This document shows, piece by piece, positions 59,260 to 64,000 of a DNA stretch of 64,000 nucleotides. How positions within the stretch are numbered: the first letter of the stretch is position 1; each line of letters starts with the position of its first letter. This DNA is from Longimicrobiales bacterium. Lineage in GTDB: Bacteria > Gemmatimonadota > Gemmatimonadetes > Longimicrobiales > Gaopeijiaceae. The stretch spans positions 369,365-433,364 of the forward strand of contig JAWLHJ010000004.1 of the NCBI GenBank assembly GCA_041690395.1. Direction: 5' to 3'. The notes under the pieces were generated by a model. That model ran no database searches. It saw nothing but the letters and a program-made list of their open reading frames with translations, and was not told the origin of the DNA. The translations under genes and the position numbers were made by a program.

Positions 59260-59647
59260 AATACTCCGGGGTTTCGATCTAACAAGGGATCCTGCAGGTC
59301 TGCGTATCGCCGTTCTGCTGAGCGCCTTTTGGCGGGGCTCCCGGAACGTGGCACCAAGAGTTAATGACTGGAGGTGGACGTTCTCCCAAGAGTAGTTCCG
59401 TGGGTCTAGTCTCGACAGGATCTGCGACTCCTCCGCTTCCCAAGGATCACTTCCCTACCCAGCATCGGGCCCGTGGCAGCCCCACCACCTGCTAACCCAG
59501 CAGGGGTTCCGCCACGGCTAAGCCCTTACCTCTTATTGTCATAGAGCACCCCAGTGGCATGCGCGTGCACAAACCGTGCACCCAGGATGGCGCTGGGCGG
59601 CTGGAACCGCGCTCGCGGTTCGCTTTCCCGAACGCGGGAGATAGCTC

Positions 59648-61309
59648 TCAACGAGTGGCCACATGGTGCACGATCGAGTCGGCCAATCGCTCCGAAATGT
59701 CCTGTAGATCCCGAAAGCGTTCCTCAAGCTCGTCGCAGAGCGCCATGAGCTCGGTTACCCTTCCAACGATGCGGCGCTGTTCATCGAGGGGCGGCAAGGG
59801 AATCGGGCAGGCTCCGAAATAATCGCGCGGCACCCGTTGCTGTCCCGCAGTGCCCGTCATTCGTGGCACACCCGCCTCGATAAAGGTCGCAGACTTCAGG
59901 AACACGAGGGCGTAACTCGGCTCAAGAACACCCTGGAACGGTCGAAGAACATGTAGCTCGGTGGTGCCCGCGCCTATTCCGTTCGGCAACCCTGAAACGA
60001 CAACGGATTTTCGGTTCTGGAAGCACGGGGTGATCTTGGCCAACGCGATATCCCCGTCGGCCAGATGCGTGTAGCCCTTCTTGATCTCCTTCCAAAGGCG
60101 TAGCTCCGCCGTGTGCCCGGGTACGAAACCGTCATCGATTGCGGCCATGGGGACGAAGCCGGCCTCCGTTTCATCCGCCACCTCGTTTCTTGGGCCGACG
60201 ATCCCGAGATCCTGCAGTTCCACCCAGCGCCATGTCTCGGGCACCTCGAAGGTCGGGGGTGGATCAGGGATCCTGCATCGGCGTGGCTTCCGCCCCGAGT
60301 ACGTCTTGAGCGCCTGCGCTGCTCGCACCAAGAGCTCGGCGGCAGACTCCTCGCCCGCCCGCTGCTCCACCAGCCTGCCTCTCACTGCCAGATCGAGGAT
60401 GGTCCGCCTGAGGTCGTCTACGCTCTCGGGCGTAGTGAACAGCGACTCCCAGTTGTCACGCATCCGGACCCACTCGCCGTCAGCTAGGAGGGCCTCGAGC
60501 GAGGATACACGGGCCTGGTCGCGAACAGTAGCCGTCACCGCCTCGACTCGGGTGAGCTCTTCTAGAATGGCTTGGAGCCCACCAACCGTCCGGACGATTT
60601 CGTGCTGTACCTCGAGCGGTGGTAGAGGCAGCAAGATCAGAACCATCCGGGTAAGGCCGAGATCCCGGTTTCCGGTACCGTGTGTGTACTCCTGCGCTTG
60701 TTCATAGCAGAAGGGGCTGTTCAGTGCTAAAGCCAGATACTCGGGGGCTACCAATTCCAGATCAGTCCGAAGCACAGCAACGTGGACCCAGACAGAGAAA
60801 TCCATGGATAGGTCGTTGACCACCGCGACCCCCGTCGTCCCCCCTTTGGTGTACAAGATGTCGCCTGGGCGCGGGCGGATGCGCTTACAAAACGACTCGT
60901 GGTCCTCGCGAGAAACATACTTGGTGTTCGTCAGGTCGATGCGCCCCGAGCTGAGCTCGCCAGCCGAAAGCATAGGGACGGCCTCTGGATGCGGGCCGGG
61001 AACCCAGTTCGGCGAGAAGTGGGGCCCGTCCGCGACCTCGTAGCACGCCTCACCAAGGCGAATCCATTTCCAGCCGGATGGGAGGTCGAACGGAAGATCA
61101 CCGGGAAGATCGGGCAGAGCTTTCTTACGTCGGAGTTCCTTGGCTTTGATCTTTCCCTGTCTCCGCCGACGCATTTCCTCGACGATCTCCTCAGCGGACG
61201 ATGTATAGGGCACGGAGCCACCGATGCCCCCTGATATCGCGAGCATACTCGCCAAGTCCCGGAGAGAATCGATCGCCAAGAAGTCGAGAGCGGGTCCGAT
61301 GACCATCAC
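59648..61309 (-). CDS. hsdS: Type I R-M specificity subunit
   Basis: Two TRDs (PFDLPSGWKWIRLGE; FEVPETWRWVELQD), LPPLEVQHEIV / LPPLDEQRRIV, LRRTILDLAVRGRLV. Confidence 0.93.
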   Translation of the reverse strand: MMVIGPALDFLAIDSLRDLASMLAISGGIGGSVPYTSSAEEIVEEMRRRRQGKIKAKELRRKKALPDLPGDLPFDLPSGWKWIRLGEACYEVADGPHFSPNWVPGPHPEAVPMLSAGELSSGRIDLTNTKYVSREDHESFCKRIRPRPGDILYTKGGTTGVAVVNDLSMDFSVWVHVAVLRTDLELVAPEYLALALNSPFCYEQAQEYTHGTGNRDLGLTRMVLILLPLPPLEVQHEIVRTVGGLQAILEELTRVEAVTATVRDQARVSSLEALLADGEWVRMRDNWESLFTTPESVDDLRRTILDLAVRGRLVEQRAGEESAAELLVRAAQALKTYSGRKPRRCRIPDPPPTFEVPETWRWVELQDLGIVGPRNEVADETEAGFVPMAAIDDGFVPGHTAELRLWKEIKKGYTHLADGDIALAKITPCFQNRKSVVVSGLPNGIGAGTTELHVLRPFQGVLEPSYALVFLKSATFIEAGVPRMTGTAGQQRVPRDYFGACPIPLPPLDEQRRIVGRVTELMALCDELEERFRDLQDISERLADSIVHHVATR

Positions 61310-62769
61310 GATTCCATGGCTTCTTCCAACACGGTCCGGACCGTGGCGCGAAGTCGGTCTATTTCCAAGCGGACGGCCGCAAGATCTCTGAGCAACTCAT
61401 CGGGATCATCGTGGGATACCGAGCCAGCATCCGGATGGCTGATGTCGAGGTTATAGCCACGCTCCACCACCTCTCCAATCGGTACCAACCACGCCCGCTC
61501 TCCGCTCTGCCGCGCCTCCCACCATGCTTTCTCTGAATCAAATTCCTCGATCCGTATAGGCTTAGTCTTTGAATAGGACTTGTAGCCCTCAGGGTAGGGA
61601 TGCTCGTAGTACCAGATCTCCTTCGTCGGCTCCCCCTTGGTGAAGAAAAGGATATTCGTGCGGGTGGGCGTATACGGCTGAAAGACCCCCTTAGGCAACC
61701 GGACAATCGTGTGGAGGTTGCAGTCCCTAAGCAGCTTCTCCTTGATCCTCGTCTTGATGCCCTCGCCGAAGAGCGTTCCGTCGGGCAGGACAATCGCGGC
61801 CCGTCCCCCGTCCTTCAGCAGTTCCATCACCAGCACCAAGAAGAGATCGGCGGTCTCGCGAGTCCGAAACTCTGATGGGAAGTTGTTCTCGATCCCGTCC
61901 TCCTCCATGCCACCGAATGGTGGATTCGTTACAATGACATCGACCTGGTCCTTAGGTCCATAGTCCCGGAGCGGCTTTGTCAGTGTGTTTCCGTGGCGAA
62001 TGTGAGAGGGTATGGCGATCCCGTGCACCATCATGTTTGTAACGCAAAGCAGGTGCGGGAGCCCCTTTTTCTCAATTCCCCGCACGCTTCGCTCTAGAAG
62101 CGCCTGCTCGTCGGTCGTCTCCACCTGCCTCTTCATGTGTTCGTAAGCACAGGTTAGGAAGCCGCCGGTTCCGCAGGCGGGATCAAGAACAACCTCCCCT
62201 AGCTGCGGGTTCACCAAGTCCACCGCGAATTGGGTCACCGCGCGCGGCGTGTAGAACTCCCCGGCGTTCCCAGCCCCTTGGAGATCCGTGAGAATCTGCT
62301 CGTAGATCTCCCCAAACAGGTGGCGGGTCTTCGCCTGATTGAAGTCGATATCCGACTGCAGCCGATCGATTACCTGGCGCATCAGGGTGCCCGACTTCAT
62401 GTAATTGTGGGCATCCTCGAAGACGCTCCGAATTATCGCGGCCCGGTCGTGCTCTTCACCCTCAAACCCCGCCAAGTCGAGTCCTTTGAGCGTCGGGAAG
62501 AGCTCTCCATCCACGAAGGCCAGAAGCGCGTCACCGGTGAGCGAGTCCTTTCCCAGGCGTTCGGAGTCCGCCCAGGAGTGCCAGCGGAGCCCCTCCGGGA
62601 CTGGAGACCGATACCCATCCCGGGTCAACTCCAACTCCTCCTCGAGATCGCTGAAGATCTTCAGAAACAACATCCATCCGAGTTGCTCGATGCGCTGGGC
62701 ATCACCCGCCACACCCGCGTCCTTCCGCATGATCTTCTGCATGGACTTGATCGTTCTTGAAAGCGACAT
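61306..62769 (-). CDS. hsdM: Type I R-M N6-adenine methyltransferase
   Basis: GEFYTPR, DPACGTGGFL, TNPPF, VLPDGTLF. Confidence 0.97.
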   Translation of the reverse strand: MSLSRTIKSMQKIMRKDAGVAGDAQRIEQLGWMLFLKIFSDLEEELELTRDGYRSPVPEGLRWHSWADSERLGKDSLTGDALLAFVDGELFPTLKGLDLAGFEGEEHDRAAIIRSVFEDAHNYMKSGTLMRQVIDRLQSDIDFNQAKTRHLFGEIYEQILTDLQGAGNAGEFYTPRAVTQFAVDLVNPQLGEVVLDPACGTGGFLTCAYEHMKRQVETTDEQALLERSVRGIEKKGLPHLLCVTNMMVHGIAIPSHIRHGNTLTKPLRDYGPKDQVDVIVTNPPFGGMEEDGIENNFPSEFRTRETADLFLVLVMELLKDGGRAAIVLPDGTLFGEGIKTRIKEKLLRDCNLHTIVRLPKGVFQPYTPTRTNILFFTKGEPTKEIWYYEHPYPEGYKSYSKTKPIRIEEFDSEKAWWEARQSGERAWLVPIGEVVERGYNLDISHPDAGSVSHDDPDELLRDLAAVRLEIDRLRATVRTVLEEAMES

Positions 62770-64000
62770 CTAGGCTACTTCGTCCGAGTAGAGTTCCGAT
62801 TCAAGCTCGTGAATCGCATCGAGGTACTTCTGCTTGCCGCCAAAGGCCCTTACCAACTCGATCGGCGTCCCGAGATCCGAGATCGGTCGGAGTTGGAGTA
62901 CGGCGAACTCCTCGATCTGCTCGACCCCTTGGTCGGCATACCGCTCGAGCAGGGCATCCAGTACGGCGCGGGCGGTCCCTTCGTACTTCGTAAACACGTC
63001 TCGCCTCTTCACCGCCTCGGCCCGCTCCTTGCGAGTGAGGGCAGGACGGTCGTACGCGACGTGGCAGATGAGATCAAACGGGTCGTAGTCGGGACCCACC
63101 ATATCCGCCAGGGCTTCCAGTAGAACGCCCTGCTCTCTGAGTTCAGCGATGACCGCCTGCTTCCGATCCGCTGTCTTCCAAGAGGTCAAGAAGGCGTCAA
63201 GGGAAGTGAATTGCTCCCCGACCGTGCGGCGTGTGTAGTCCTTCAGCGACTCGGTGACGAGCTTGCCGTCCTTGTCGTAGTACTGGACGCGCTCGGCGAC
63301 GATGCCGAAGCGCTGCCCGCCGACGACATACCGTAACCGAGGCTCGGGATCCACCGGATCGACGATGACAGGATCCTCTTCGTCGTCTGGGGGCTTGATG
63401 GGCTTGTCATCGCCTGGCTGGTAGACCTGAAGCGGCGGCCCGTCCCAATCGGGATCAGCGAAGAGCTCCGTCGCTTTCCGGAAATCGATGATCGTGAAGA
63501 ACTGCTTGCCGTAGTCCTCACGGATTCGGGTGCCCCGCCCCACGATCTGCTTGAACTCCGTCATCGACCCGATGCGACGGTCCAGGACAATTACGTGACA
63601 GGTCTGCGCGTCCACCCCGGTGGTCATCAGCTTCGAGGTCGTGGCGATGACGGGGTAAGGCTCCTTCGGGTTGATAAAATGATCGAGCTGGGCCTTCCCC
63701 TCCTTCTCATCCCCCGTGATCCGCATGACATACCGGTGGTCGGCGGTCACCAGCGGCTTGTTCTCGGAGACGTTCACGAGCGCTTCCCGCATCCGCTCAG
63801 CGTGGTTGATGTCCTCACAGAAGACGATGGTCTTGTGCATAGGGTCGGTGCTGTGGAGGAACTCGGAGACACGCTCCGCCACACGCTTCGTTCGCTCCGG
63901 GAAGACGATGGACCTGTCGAAGTCCATTTGGTTGTAGATGCGGTCCTCGATCACCTCACCCTTGTCGTCTACCTGCCCCGCCGTCGGTCTCCAACCCTGG
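62770..64000 (-). CDS. hsdR: Type I R-M restriction subunit (EcoAI/EcoEI-like), 5' part outside the window
   Basis: KTIVFC, TTSKLMTTGVD, FKQIVGRGTR, and an EcoEI-type C-terminus DPFDLICHVAYD..FGGKQKY. Confidence 0.95.
   Translation of the reverse strand, partial: QGWRPTAGQVDDKGEVIEDRIYNQMDFDRSIVFPERTKRVAERVSEFLHSTDPMHKTIVFCEDINHAERMREALVNVSENKPLVTADHRYVMRITGDEKEGKAQLDHFINPKEPYPVIATTSKLMTTGVDAQTCHVIVLDRRIGSMTEFKQIVGRGTRIREDYGKQFFTIIDFRKATELFADPDWDGPPLQVYQPGDDKPIKPPDDEEDPVIVDPVDPEPRLRYVVGGQRFGIVAERVQYYDKDGKLVTESLKDYTRRTVGEQFTSLDAFLTSWKTADRKQAVIAELREQGVLLEALADMVGPDYDPFDLICHVAYDRPALTRKERAEAVKRRDVFTKYEGTARAVLDALLERYADQGVEQIEEFAVLQLRPISDLGTPIELVRAFGGKQKYLDAIHELESELYSDEVA

Larger units (their letters stand above)
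47767..64000. mobile_element. tRNA-Val-integrated genomic island (satellite/IME-like) carrying defence cargo; right end outside the window
   Basis: tRNA 3' duplication next to a tyrosine integrase, AlpA-like HTH and DUF3987 gene, visibly lower GC, R-M cargo. Confidence 0.88.

Noticed and set aside
59260..59454. Open frame extending the PIN gene upstream by about 65 codons
   Set aside because: It has no in-frame ATG/GTG/TTG and overlaps attC-like remnants, so it is probably chance.

Overview
This is very GC-rich bacterial DNA. The gene set (SprA, a PadR/duplicated-permease pair, PilB/PilT/PilC) suggests Gemmatimonadota, which is an inference. Positions 1-46.2 kb are host chromosome: a complete N-ATPase operon (atpD-C-Q-R-B-E-F-A-G), a 5'-decayed PolX-like HhH gene, a MocR-controlled transporter/DinB cluster, and nirK-nsrR behind a perfect 11-1-11 NsrR box. 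This NirK has Gly in place of the type-1 Cu axial Met. The host region continues with two TetR loci, pilB/pilT/pilC/comEA downstream of a 2027-aa SprA homolog, lptFG, several secreted proteins, and PadR plus an ADOP permease. From about 46.2 kb the DNA is visibly less GC-rich. An HTH-antitoxin/DUF6036 nucleotidyltransferase pair runs into a 46-bp 3' fragment of tRNA-Val(TAC). That fragment is the att boundary of an integrative, satellite-like element (tyrosine integrase, AlpA-like HTH, DUF3987 protein with inverted repeats, Zn-finger ORF) that extends past the window end. Its minus-strand cargo is a defence-type island: type I R-M (hsdR-M-S) followed by five unusual ORFs separated by three related, decayed attC-like hairpins with matching cassette ends, i.e. 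an integrase-less integron cassette array. The cassettes include a SAMHD1/dNTPase-like HD domain that has lost all four metal ligands and is fused to a PD-(D/E)xK nuclease, and a PIN RNase fused to a LamG-like domain. These are the best candidates for undescribed anti-phage systems. All calls come from reading motifs by eye; no searches were run.
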